Source of the DNA: Eledone cirrhosa
Taxonomy: Eukaryota
Reading direction: 5' to 3'
Length of the DNA: 64,000 nt
Assembly: GCA_964016885.1 (NCBI GenBank)
Contig: OZ024764.1
Coordinates: 10,788,001 to 10,852,000, forward strand
The translations under genes were made by a program, and so were the position numbers. Positions 11,823 through 22,895 of this stretch are shown piece after piece. The number at the start of each line of letters is the position of its first letter. Within the stretch, counting starts at the first letter, position 1. The notes under the pieces were generated by a model. That model made no database searches. It saw only the letters and a program-made list of their open reading frames with translations, and was not told where the DNA came from.

Positions 11823-11835
11823 AAGAAGAAGAAAG
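11448..11835. repeat. (GAA)n microsatellite
   Basis: Directly visible. Confidence 0.95.
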
Positions 11836-12008
11836 AAAACAATGGCGTCAGGTGCCAAAACAGCAACAACGACAACAACAACAACAACAATAACACCCAT
11901 TGCAAATTTAATGAACACTCCTAAAATGGCGAACAATGTAGTTTTTTTATTGTAAAAACAGCAATTAATTTAACAATAACATTTAAACAACAACAACTAC
12001 TACTAATG

Positions 12009-12039
<31 letters not shown>

Positions 12040-12194
12040 AACAACAGCTACAATAGACACAACGATAACAATAGCAACAACAACAATGGCCGCGATAGGA
12101 GAAAATTTGCCAGTAAAGTGTAGTAATAATAGCAACAACACCAAACTATATTCGCCATGTTTCTTTTTACCAGCTTATGAATATTTTACACACA

Positions 12195-12270
<76 letters not shown>

Positions 12271-12273
<3 letters not shown>

Positions 12274-12536
12274 TAAGTATTTCCGTGGAAAAGGTAAAGG
12301 AAAAAAGAGTGCTCTATGTATAGTACAGAACTATTTAATTATATAATAAACAACACAATATAATTATTTCATTACCCAAGGTTTCACGAAGTTAGACGAT
12401 TCTAACAGAAGTGTCTGAAGTCCTGGGACCTTAGTTAATGGAATAATTATATTGTGTTGTTTATTATATAATTAAATAGCTCTGTACTATACATAGAGCA
12501 CTCTTTTTTCCTTTACCTTTTCCACGGAAATACTTA

Positions 12537-12537
<1 letters not shown>
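12271..12537. mobile_element. Fold-back with ~57-bp arms and a decayed hammerhead half; related to 59018-59175
   Basis: 12271-12329 vs 12481-12537 are inverted. Minus-strand CTTCGTGAAACCTTGGGTAATG matches the 3' half of the motif at 59018-59088. Confidence 0.65.
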
Positions 12538-12575
<38 letters not shown>

Positions 12576-12579
12576 GCGC

Positions 12580-12763
12580 AGGAAATGTGGTAAGGAACCA
12601 GATGGACCATAACGCACCAGAGTACTCAATACTTAGGGTAGTAGAGTGGGTAATAGGAAAAAGTATGACCCCGACGGCAGAGCTCAAGCCGTTTCGACGG
12701 CTATTTCTGGACTCAAGTAGCCGTCGAAACGGCTTGAGCTCTGCCCTCGGGGTCATACTTTTT

Positions 12764-12768
<5 letters not shown>
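12580..12768. mobile_element. Penelope-like 3' end with a 51-bp near-perfect hairpin made of hammerhead 3' halves
   Basis: 12652-12702 vs 12718-12768 inverted; left arm on minus reads GAAACGGC..GCCGTC GGGGTC (the right arm has one mismatch). Family also at 17937-18020, 30918-31068 and 39973-40008. Confidence 0.7.
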
Positions 12769-12797
<29 letters not shown>

Positions 12798-12801
<4 letters not shown>

Positions 12802-12963
12802 ATATTTAGAAACACACAGATACATGCGGGGACACACATATACATGAATGCATCCACACCCAACCGTGAGTTAATGGTGCCAACCTCACCGATGTTGCTC
12901 AATGAATGACTGGGACAGACCAATCCGGTTGAATTAGACTGAACCAGTATCAGAGTTAAAAAT

Positions 12964-12965
<2 letters not shown>
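12798..12965. repeat. Dispersed repeat between (TA)n tracts (inverted copies at 45375-45545 and partly 44899-44962)
   Basis: Direct comparison by eye. Confidence 0.8.
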
Positions 12966-13029
<64 letters not shown>

Positions 13030-13031
<2 letters not shown>

Positions 13032-13210
13032 GAGGTTTTTTTTCCAAAATGAAAAAAAAACGAGGTGTCCTACACGAGTGAAAGTATAAGGAAAAAAGAT
13101 GAAATCGAAAATGCAACTGGAGTCTTTTTAAGAATATGTATTTGGTTCCTTTACCGGTTTCGCAGTTCTTATGCTTTTCAAAAGTAGAATTGAGATGGAG
13201 GGTTTGTGAA
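13030..13210 (-). mobile_element. Penelope-like 3' end with a non-canonical hammerhead-like core (copy at 35378-35530, +)
   Basis: TTGAAAA GCA taagaac TGC GAAA CCGG TA AAGG, followed by an AATA(C/A)A tail. Confidence 0.5.
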
Positions 13211-13212
13211 TT

Positions 13213-13547
13213 TTAAAAAAGGGAAAAGAATGACTTCACTTGTAGTTCTAAACAATTTAATTTAATTTTATAATATTATAATTTTACAATTTGGTTTGGT
13301 AGATCTAACTTCGGTGGAGAGATTTTTTAAAGATCCCAGGTTAACTTTCCTAGAGAACTTTCTCGCATTCGTCGGTGGCGATTGTCAAACTCCAAGAAAG
13401 TTAACCAGGAATCTTTAAAATCTCCGCACCGAAGTTAACAAAGAACTTACTAGATCTACCAAACCAAATTGGAAAATTATAATATCATAAAATTAAATTA
13501 AATTGTTTAGAACTACAAGTGAAGTCATTCTTTTCCCTTTTTTTAAA
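13213..13547. repeat. Fold-back with ~140-bp arms
   Basis: 13213-13349 vs 13396-13547 are imperfect reverse complements. Confidence 0.85.
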
Positions 13548-13875
13548 TATACCTAACTATACGAAGGATTTCACACATTTTCCTATATATGTATAAAACG
13601 GAGTGTGCAAAATTTCGGCTCAATCAGATAACTGTTAGGCGACCCTCAAACGCCTTGAATTTGGAACATAGTATACGCAACAATTAATCCTGTTCAAAAG
13701 CAGTATACTGTTCCCTATCTCGACCATTTTCTTTATTCTTCTTAGAGAAATTTATGTGGACACATCCAGTTAACCCCAGCAAATGTTTAAAAACGTTCTG
13801 AATCAAATTAGAAATAGCTGTCGAAACGCTGCTCTGCCGTTCCTTTGTATATATATATATATATCTACCTTCCTT

Positions 13876-13937
<62 letters not shown>

Positions 13938-13967
13938 AATATATGTGTATGTATATATATATAGATC

Positions 13968-14313
13968 ATCATCATTCATCATCATTTCATTTTACGTCCG
14001 CTTTTCCCTGCTTGCAAGGGTGAGACGGGAACTGATTCTGGCTTGATTTCTACAGCTGGATGCCCTTCCTAACACCAACCTCATTTACAGTGAGTGCTGG
14101 GTGCTTTTTTGACGTGGCACCTCCACGACCAATTTACAGTCGAATGATAGGGACCCCAGTCCCTATCATCTCAGTTCTACAGCTGAGTAAACTGGAGCAA
14201 TGTGAAATAAAGTGTCTTGCTCAAGGAAACAACACATCACCCGGTCTGAGAATTGAACTCACAACCTTTCGATTGCAAGGCCAATGCTCTAACCACTAAG
14301 CCATGTGCCTCCA
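13968..14313 (-). mobile_element. tRNA-derived SINE family 2 (CORE-like middle, RTE-like tail ending in (ATG)n)
   Basis: Minus strand: TGGCTTAGTGG A-box, GAGTTCAATTC B-box, CCTTGAGCAAGACACTT core, GGAAAAGCGGACGTAAAATG tail; second copy at 61701-62033. Confidence 0.85.
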
Positions 14314-14713
14314 TATATTTATGTACATTTGTATATATGAACATCAACCATCTCAGAAAATATTTATTTACATTTGTCTGTTTCATTCTCAGTCGACGTT
14401 TAAGAAACGAGTGTATATTTATTTTATTAATACATCGACATTCATAAATACACACACACACACATCTGTACATGTATATATGTTTATATATATATATATA
14501 TATACACGTATATACATTATATATATACACACACACATATATATATACATTATATATATATACATATATATGGTAATTTGGTTAACATATATATATTATA
14601 TATATATACATATATATATATCTATATCTGTATAAATATATACACACGCATATATATATTTTCTTGTTTATATACGTATATATATATGCATCTGTGTGTG
14701 TGTGTGTATATAC

Positions 14714-14745
<32 letters not shown>

Positions 14746-14842
14746 GTTTCATGCCACAATGTCCATACAAGCATGTAAAACACATTTACACATGTCATAA
14801 ATTATCCAATCGTACGTTCAAACATCCATAGACGCCATGTTT

Positions 14843-14889
<47 letters not shown>

Positions 14890-14939
14890 CATACATATGT
14901 GGGTGTGTGTGTGTGTGTGTACGTGTGTGTATGTATACA

Positions 14940-15079
14940 TATATATTAATGTTGCGCTGTTATATATATATATATACATATGTACGTATGTGTGCGGGTA
15001 CGTGTGTGTGTGTATGTGTGTGTGTGTGTGTGTGTGTACGTGTGTGTATGTATATATATATATATTAATGTTGCGCTGT

Positions 15080-15110
<31 letters not shown>

Positions 15111-15380
15111 GTACGTATGTGTGCGGGTACGTGTGTGTGTGTGTGTGTGTGTGTGTCTCTGTGTGTGTGTGTGTGTACGTGTGTGTATGTATATATATAT
15201 TAATGTTGCGCTGTTATATATATATACATATGTACGTATGTGTGCGGGTACGTGTGTGTGTGTGTGTGTATGTGTGTGTGTGTATGTGTGTGTGTGTGTG
15301 TGTGTACGTATGTATATATATATTAATGTTGCGCCGTTATATATATATATATATACACATATGTACGTATGTGTGCGGGT

Positions 15381-15440
<60 letters not shown>

Positions 15441-15445
15441 TAATG
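14940..15445. repeat. Higher-order repeat (~110-135 bp, 4 copies) built from TA/TG microsatellites
   Basis: TATTAATGTTGCGC(T/C)GTTATA and GTACGTATGTGTGCGGGTACG each recur four times. Confidence 0.85.
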
Positions 15446-15546
15446 TATAGGTATAGAAATAACAAACATTCAGTGATGGGGTGACTCTGATACATGCAAC
15501 AGGACCAGGACTGGTGCTACCATTGAGGTCGACTTGGCAGCCAACA

Positions 15547-16190
15547 AGGGCACACACCTCAGAGAGGTACATTACTGAACCTTAAAGGGTCACAGTTTTA
15601 TAGAGGGCTGGCGTTATTATTAAGGTAAGTAGGGCACACACCTCAGAGAGGTACATTACTGAACTTTAAAGGGTCACAGTTTTATAGAGGGCTGGCGTTA
15701 TTATTAAGGTAAGTAGGGCACACACCTCAGAGAGGTACATTACTGAACCTTAAAGGGTCACAGTTTTATAGAGGGCTGGCGTTATTATTAAGGTAAGTAG
15801 GGCACAGACCTCAGAGAGGTAGATGAATGAACCTTAAAGGGTCACAGTTTTATAGAGGGCTGGCGTTATTATTAAGGTAAGTAGGGCACAGACCTCAGAG
15901 AGGTAGATGAATGAACCTTAAAGGGTCACAGTTTTATAGAGGGCTGACGTTATTATTAAGGTAAGTAGGGCACAGACCTCAGAGAGGTAGATGAATGAAC
16001 CTTAAAGGGTTACAGTTTTATAGAGGGCTGGCGTTATTATTAAGGTAAGTAGGGCACACACCTCAGAGAGGTACATGACTGAACCTTAAAGGGTCACAGT
16101 TTTATAGAGGGCTGGCGTTATTAAGATAAGTAGGGCACAGACCTCAGAGAGGTACATTACTGAACCTTAAAGGGTCACAGTTCTATAGAG
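15547..16190. repeat. 84-bp minisatellite, about 7.7 copies
   Basis: AGGGCACA(C/G)ACCTCAGAGAGG at 15547, 15631, 15715, 15799, 15883, 15967, 16051 and 16132. Confidence 0.95.
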
Positions 16191-16341
16191 AGCGGTGGAT
16201 TGGCAGTATCGCTAGAGGGTCGGACGCCATGATTTTCAACAAAGAGTTACGGCCCTTTATGGTCTGAGTTCAAATCCCGCTGAGGTTAACTTTGCCTTTC
16301 ATCCTTACGGGGTTGATAAAATAAAGTACCAGTAATACACT
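16191..16341 (+). mobile_element. SINE family 1, 3' truncated
   Basis: Matches 2005-2155. Confidence 0.9.
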
Positions 16342-16482
16342 GTATATGTTGGTTGTATACCAACACCACAGTAGACAGCCTGGAGCACTCGACGAAGTGC
16401 GCAGGTTGGTTTGGTTACTCCGGAGTAGTGTAAAATAAAGTTAAATAAAAAGTCAAATGTTTAAAATTTAGCTTCGTTTATT

Positions 16483-16537
16483 ACTGCTATTTATATTTCA
16501 GTGACAGCCATCTTTGGCTGTGACCTCTTCAGGCAGT
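16483..16537 (-). ncRNA. Type I hammerhead ribozyme, left arm of fold-back 16433-16779
   Basis: Reverse complement of 16674-16728 with one change in stem III. Confidence 0.8.
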
Positions 16538-16673
16538 CCGAATTAGTGTGGTATAGACAAGTACATATGTGGTTGAGGTGTATAATTTTGTCAATACTCT
16601 GATATGCCCAGTTCCTTGTTGGGTTGTTATTTCACTGAGGAACTATGTACTTGTCTATACCACACTAATTCGG

Positions 16674-16728
16674 ACTGCCTGAAGAGGTCACAGCCAAAGA
16701 TGGCTGTCACTGAAATATATATAGCAGT
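16674..16728 (+). ncRNA. Type I hammerhead ribozyme, right arm of fold-back 16433-16779
   Basis: ACTGC CTGAAGA ggtcacagcc aaagat ggctgtcact GAAA TATATA TA GCAGT, then AATAAA. Confidence 0.88.
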
Positions 16729-16777
16729 AATAAACGAAGCTAAATTTTAAACATTTGACTTTTTATTTAACTTTATT

Positions 16778-16809
<32 letters not shown>

Positions 16810-17293
16810 TCTCACACGCCTACATCCACAACACGCATAAACACCACACACACGTGTGTACCACCAGATATTTACACACTCAGCCTCCGGAATCCTCTCC
16901 CCCCACCCCTCTGACCCCTCCCCATCCACACACGCACACACACACCGACATACAGCCCACCCCACACACACCTTTTCCTGAACATGCAACCCCGTTCTTC
17001 CCCCAACTTTTACTTTCACATACATACACACACACACACACACGTACACCTACACACACACACACCACCTTCAGCCCTCCCCCGCTCGGACACCCCGCCT
17101 CCCTCTCCCCACTCCACCCGCCACCACGCCTATACGCCCCACACCCTTCCACCACCTGTTTTACTTCATGTTTATTTTTATTTTTATTATGCTTTTATAT
17201 TTAATTTCATTTGCACCGTTTCCTCTCACCCCCTTTTTTCTATATGTCTCTCCACCACTCCCCTACACACCCTTGGAACTCTCTTCACACACT

Positions 17294-17363
17294 TTTCACC
17301 TGAAGAAGGGCTTATGCCCGAAACGTCGTTCCCCACCACCACCCCACTCTCAAGAGCGTGAAA
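17294..17363 (+). ncRNA. Penelope-type minimal hammerhead interrupted by a ~28-nt insertion near the cleavage site
   Basis: TTTCAC CTGAAGA a GGGC ttat GCCC GAAA CGTCGT [insert] GTGAAA, then AATAAA. Confidence 0.7.
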
Positions 17364-17485
17364 CTAATAAACCTTTGTTCGTACTGCCTCTCTGTTTTGT
17401 TCCCGTTCAATTTTTTACTAAATATATATATATATATGTATACGATATTAAACAAATGGAGACTATATTTATAAAACCATATTTA

Positions 17486-17547
17486 TTTCATTATACATAT
17501 TTCAGGGATACCATATTAAAAATATGGCATGCCTTCGTCAGATAAAA
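17486..17547 (-). ncRNA. Type I hammerhead ribozyme
   Basis: TTTTAT CTGACGA agg c atgccatatt ttt aatatggtat c cct GAAA TATGTA TA ATGAAA. Confidence 0.8.
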
Positions 17548-17581
17548 TACAATATATAAACAGTTTTATAAATAATATATG

Positions 17582-17620
<39 letters not shown>

Positions 17621-17762
17621 TAAAGAGTTAAACAAGATTCAATGAGTACATCAAAGAATGAGTTTTACAGTAGATTGGAAGCACTCTATAGTTATATATT
17701 TTCCAGAGTTATTTATATTAATTCAAATATTAACAAAATTGATATTCTTGTGATCAATTAAA

Positions 17763-17825
17763 TTTTATTATACATATTTCAGAGGTACTGAATTAAGTTC
17801 AACAGTACGTCCTCATCAGATAAAA
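17763..17825 (-). ncRNA. Type I hammerhead ribozyme, family A
   Basis: TTTTAT CTGATGA gga c gtactg..cagtac c tct GAAA TATGTA TA ATAAAA; relatives at 56047 and 57839. Confidence 0.85.
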
Positions 17826-18020
17826 TAAAATGATACATGACAAACCCTGACATGGTAAATGGTTAAGATTTAATCAAGGTTGTGATTAACTTATGAGAAA
17901 ACTCAATATTTATACCCTACTGTTGAGAACATGAGTTCCTATTACCCACTCTACTACCCTAAGTATTGAATACTTTGGGTGCGTTATGGTCCACCTGGTT
18001 CCTTACCACATTTCCTTCGT

Positions 18021-18078
<58 letters not shown>

Positions 18079-18134
18079 TGTATATAAAGTCCGAGAGGGA
18101 GAGAGAGAGAGTGGGAGAGGGGGAGAGAGAGATA

Positions 18135-19304
18135 CATACACACACTCACTGTCACACAGTCACGCACTCACACACACACGCTCACTGTCACACAGTCACG
18201 CACTCACACACACACTCACTGTCACACAGTCACACACAGCCGCACACACACACAGCCGCACACACACACACACACACACACAGCCATACACACACACACA
18301 ACCACAACCACACACACACAGTCACACACAGAGCCACACACACACAGCCATACACACACACAGCCATACACACACACAACCATACACACAATCACAACCA
18401 CACACACACAACCACAACCACACACAACCACCCACACACACACACAACCACAGCCACAACCACACACAGACATACACACACACACACACAACCACACACA
18501 CAACCACAACCACAACCACACACACAACCACAACCACACACACACAACCCACACACAACCACACACAACCACAGCAACAACCACACACAGCCATACACAC
18601 ACACAACCATACACACAATCACAACCACACACACAACCACATCCACACACACACACAACCAAAACCACACACACAACCACAACAGCACACACAACCACCC
18701 CCACACACACACACACACACAGCCACAGCCACAACCACACACAGCCATACACACACAGCCATACACACACACACACAACCACACACACAACCACAACCAC
18801 ACACACAACCACACACACACACACAACCACACACACAACCACAACCACACACACAACCACAACCACACACACAACCACACACACACAACCACACACAACC
18901 ACAACCACACACACACAGCCATATACACACACAACCACAACCACACACAGCCACACACACAACCACAACCACACACACACACAACCAAAACCACACACAC
19001 AACCACAACAGCACACACAACCACCCACACACACACACACACACACACAGCCACAGCCACAACCACACACAGCCATACACACACAGCCATACACACACAC
19101 ACACACACAACCACACACACAACCACAACCACACACACAACCACACACACACACAACCACACACACAACCACAACCACACACACAACCACAACCACACAC
19201 ACAACCACAACCACAACCACACAACCACACACAACCACAACCACACACACACAGCCATATACACACACAACCACAACCACACACAACCACACACACAACC
19301 ACAA

Positions 19305-19350
<46 letters not shown>
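18135..19350. repeat. (CA)n / ACAACC compound repeat
   Basis: Directly visible. Confidence 0.95.
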
Positions 19351-19352
<2 letters not shown>

Positions 19353-19469
19353 CCCAATGTCTACCATATGCCAAGTTTCCAAGTGTAACAACAAGATGTC
19401 TGATGATTGATATATAGGCTTGAAACGTGTGATAAATACCTCACATATTGTGGGGTGATGGTCGTGGTT

Positions 19470-21220
19470 GGTGTGGTGTGGTGTATTGTGGTGTAGTGTG
19501 ATAAATACCTCACATATTGTGGGGTGGTGATCGTGGTTGGTGTGGTGTAGTGTGGTGTGGTGTGGTGTAGTGTGGTGTGGTGTAGTGTGGTGTGGTGTAG
19601 TGTGGTGTAGTGTAGTGTGGTGTAGTGTGGTGTGGTGTAGTGTGGTGTGGTGTAGTGTGGTGTGGTGTAGTGTGGTGTAGTCTAGTGTGGTGTAGTATAG
19701 TGTAATGTAGTTTGGTATTGTCTAGTGTAGTGTAGTGTAGTGTAGTGTAGTGTGGTATAGTGTGGTGTGATGGTGTGTAGTGTGGTGTAGTCTAGTGTGG
19801 TGTAGTGTAGTGTAATGTAGTTTGGTGTTGTTTAGTGTAGTGTGGTGTAGTGTGGTGTAATGTAGTGTGGTGTAGTCTAGTGTGGTGTAGTGTAGTGTAA
19901 TGTAGTTTGGTGTTGTCTAGTGCACTGTGGTGTAGTGTAGTGTAGTGTAATGTAGTTTAATGTAGTGTGGTGTAGTGTAGTGTGGTATAGTGTAGTGTAG
20001 TGTAGTGTAGTGTAGTGTAGTGTAGTGTAATGTAGTGTAGTGTAGTGTAGTGTAGTGTAGTGTAGTGTAGTGTAGTGTAGTGTAATGTAGTGTAGTGTAG
20101 TGTAGTGTAGTGTAATGTAGTGTAGTGTAGTGTAGTGTAGTGTAATGTAGTGTAGTGTGGCGTAGTGTAGTGTAGTGTGGTGTGGTGTGGTGTAGTGTAA
20201 TGTAGTGTGGTGTAGTGTAGTGTAGTGTAGTGTAGTGTAGTGTAGTGTAGTGTAGTGTAGTGTGGTGTGGTGTGCTGTAGTGTAGTGTAGTGTAGTGTAG
20301 TGTAGTGTAGTGTGGTGTGGTGTGGTGTAATGTAGTGTGGTGTAGTGTAGTGTAGTGTGGTGTAGTGTAGTGTAGTGTGGTGTAGTGTAATGTAGTGTGG
20401 TGTAGTGTAGTGTAGTGTGGTGTAGTGTAGTGTGGTGTGGTGTAGTGTAGTGTGGTGTGGTGTAGTGTAGTGTAGTGTGGTGTAGTGTAATGTAGTGTGG
20501 TGTAGTGTAGTGTAGTGTGGTGTAGTGTAGTGTAGTGTGGTGTAGTGTAATGTAGTGTGGTGTAGTGTAGTGTAGTGTGGTGTAGTGTAGTGTGGTGTGG
20601 TGTAGTGTAATGTAGTGTGGTGTAGTGTAGTGTAGTGTGGTGTAGTGTAATGTAGTGTGGTGTAGTGTAGTGTAGTGTAGTGTAGTGTAGTGTAGTGTAG
20701 TGTAGTGTAGTGTAATGTAGTGTAGTGTGGCGTAGTGTAGTGTAGTGTGGTGTGGTGTGGTGTGGTGTAGTGTAATGTAGTGTGGTATAGTGTAGTGTAG
20801 TGTGGTGTAGTGTAGTGTAGTGTGGTGTGGTGTGGTGTAGTGTAGTGTAGTGTAGTGTAGTGTAATGTAGTTAGTGTACTGTAGTGTAGTGTAATGTAGT
20901 GTAGTGTAGTGTAGTGTAGTGTAGTGTCGTGTAGTGTAGTGTAATGTAGTGTAGTGTGGCGTAGTGTAGTGTAGTGTGGTGTGGTGTGGTGTGGTGTAGT
21001 GTAATGTAGTGTGGTGTAGTGTAGTGTAGTGTAGTGTAGTGTAGTGTAGTGTAGTGTGGTGTGGTGTGGTGTGGCGTAGTGTAGTGTAGTGTAGTGTAGT
21101 GTAGTGTAGTGTAGTGTAGTGTAGTGTAGTGTAGTGTGGTGTAGTGTAGTGTAGTGTAGTGTAGTGTAGTGTAGTGTAGTGTAGTGTAGTGTGGTGTGGT
21201 GTGGTGTAGTGTGGTGTGGT
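19470..21220. repeat. Pentanucleotide satellite (GTGTA/GTGTG)n, about 1.75 kb
   Basis: Directly visible; source of the HYTTL ORF. Confidence 0.95.
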
Positions 21221-21384
21221 TTGAAGTCGTTTAGTACCAACACCTCGTTATCTTTGAAAGCATTGAATCCAGGTTTCCATTTTAAAAATTCCTCTCCTTT
21301 CCCCTTTTCTCCATTACTTTGGCAGCCCCTAAAGAAAACTAAATTGGCATGGGCACTATCCCCCCTTTCTCCCAATCTATATAT

Positions 21385-22895
21385 CTAGGGCGGGTAAAAT
21401 TCCCTTGATCCATGGACGAGTTCTCTCCAGCGGTCTCTGTCCCTCATTATCGCCGCCATGTCCTGCATCTCCAACAGACCAGTGTTTGTCCTTAGGGCAT
21501 CAACATATGTCAACCTCGGTTTCCCTCTTCTAGTGTGTCCATCTAGGGGCTCCCACAGGAGCACTGAGTGCAATGTCAACTCTGGATGTCAGTGAGCATG
21601 TCCAGCTAACCTCAGTCTCCTCTGTGTCACTTTTGAGCTGACTTTTGGGAGGCTCCCGTACAGCTCTGAGTTCTTCATCCTCAGTGTATACTGATTAATG
21701 TTCAGAGCCATCCTCAGCATTCTCGTGTAGCACCCATCCACCATCTGAGTGAGTTTCTTGGTCAGTGTCCAAGTCTCAGACCCGTACAGCAGCACAGACT
21801 CCACTACAGCAATGAAGAGGCGGATTTTCAGGTCTTTACATATATATATATATATATCAACTCTGGATGTCGGTGAGCATGTCCAGCTAACCTCAGTCTC
21901 CTCTGTGTCACTTTTGAGCTGACTTTTGGGAGGTTCCTGTACAGCTCTGAGTTCTTCATCCTCAGTGTATACTGATTAATGTTCAGAGCCATCCTCAGCA
22001 TTCTCGTGTAGCACCCATCCACCATCTGAGTGAGTTTCTTGGTCAGTGTCCAAGTCTCAGACCCGTACAGCAGCACAGACTCCACTACAGCAATGAAGAG
22101 GCGGATTTTCAGGTCTTTACATATATATATATATATATATCAACTCTGGATGTCGGTGAGCATGTCCAGCTAACCTCAGTCTCCTCTGTGTCACTTTTGA
22201 GCTGACTTTTGGGAGGCTCCCGTACAGCTCTGAGTTCTTCATCCTCAGTGTATACTGATTAATGTTCAGAGCCATCCTCAGCATTCTCGTGTAGCACCCA
22301 TCCACCATCTGAGTGAGTTTCTTGGTCAGTGTCCAAGTCTCAGACCCGTACAGCAGCACAGACTCCACTACAGCAATGAAGAGGCGGATTTTCAGGTCTT
22401 TACATATATATATATATCAACTCTGGATGTCGGTGAGCATGTCCAGCTAACCTCAGTCTCCTCTGTGTCACTTTTGAGCTGACTTTTGGGAGGTTCCCGT
22501 ACAGCTCTGAGTTCTTCATCCTCAGTGTATACTGATTAATGTTCAGAGCCATCCTCAGCATTCTCGTGTAGCACCCATCCACCATCTGAGTGAGTTTCTT
22601 GGTCAGTGTCCAAGTCTCAGACCCGTACAGCAGCACAGACTCCACTACAGCAATGAAGAGGCGGATTTTCAGGTCTTTACATATATATATATATATATCA
22701 ACTCTGGATGTCGGTGAGCATGTCCAGCTAACCTCAGTCTCCTCTGTGTCACTTTTGAGCTGACTTTTGGGAGGTTCCCGTACAGCTCTGAGTTCTTCAT
22801 CCTCAGTGTATACTGATTAATGTTCAGAGCCATCCTTAGCATTCTCGTGTAGCACCCATCCACCATCTGAGGGAGTTTCTTGGTCAGCGTCCCAA
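21385..22895 (-). mobile_element. RTE-clade LINE 3' end with a ~280-bp coding segment amplified five times in tandem
   Basis: ESVLLYGSETWTL..RMLRMAL..RRLRLAGHAHRHPE..LLWEP..RRGKPRLTYVD..DRDRWR is a typical RTE ORF C-terminus. Units start near 21576, 21857, 22140, 22417 and 22698, joined by (TA)n. Confidence 0.92.

Noticed and set aside
15470-15580. Exon-like unique island before the 84-bp array
   Set aside because: Several open frames on both strands, none recognisable; cannot support a call.
12271-16779. Fold-backs as amplification or assembly chimeras
   Set aside because: Most arms are diverged from each other and tied to specific repeat families. The near-identical block at 4321-5770 still needs a read check.
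19470-21220. Telomere-like array
   Set aside because: Unit is GTGTA/GTGTG, not TTAGGG or TTAGG, and it is interstitial.
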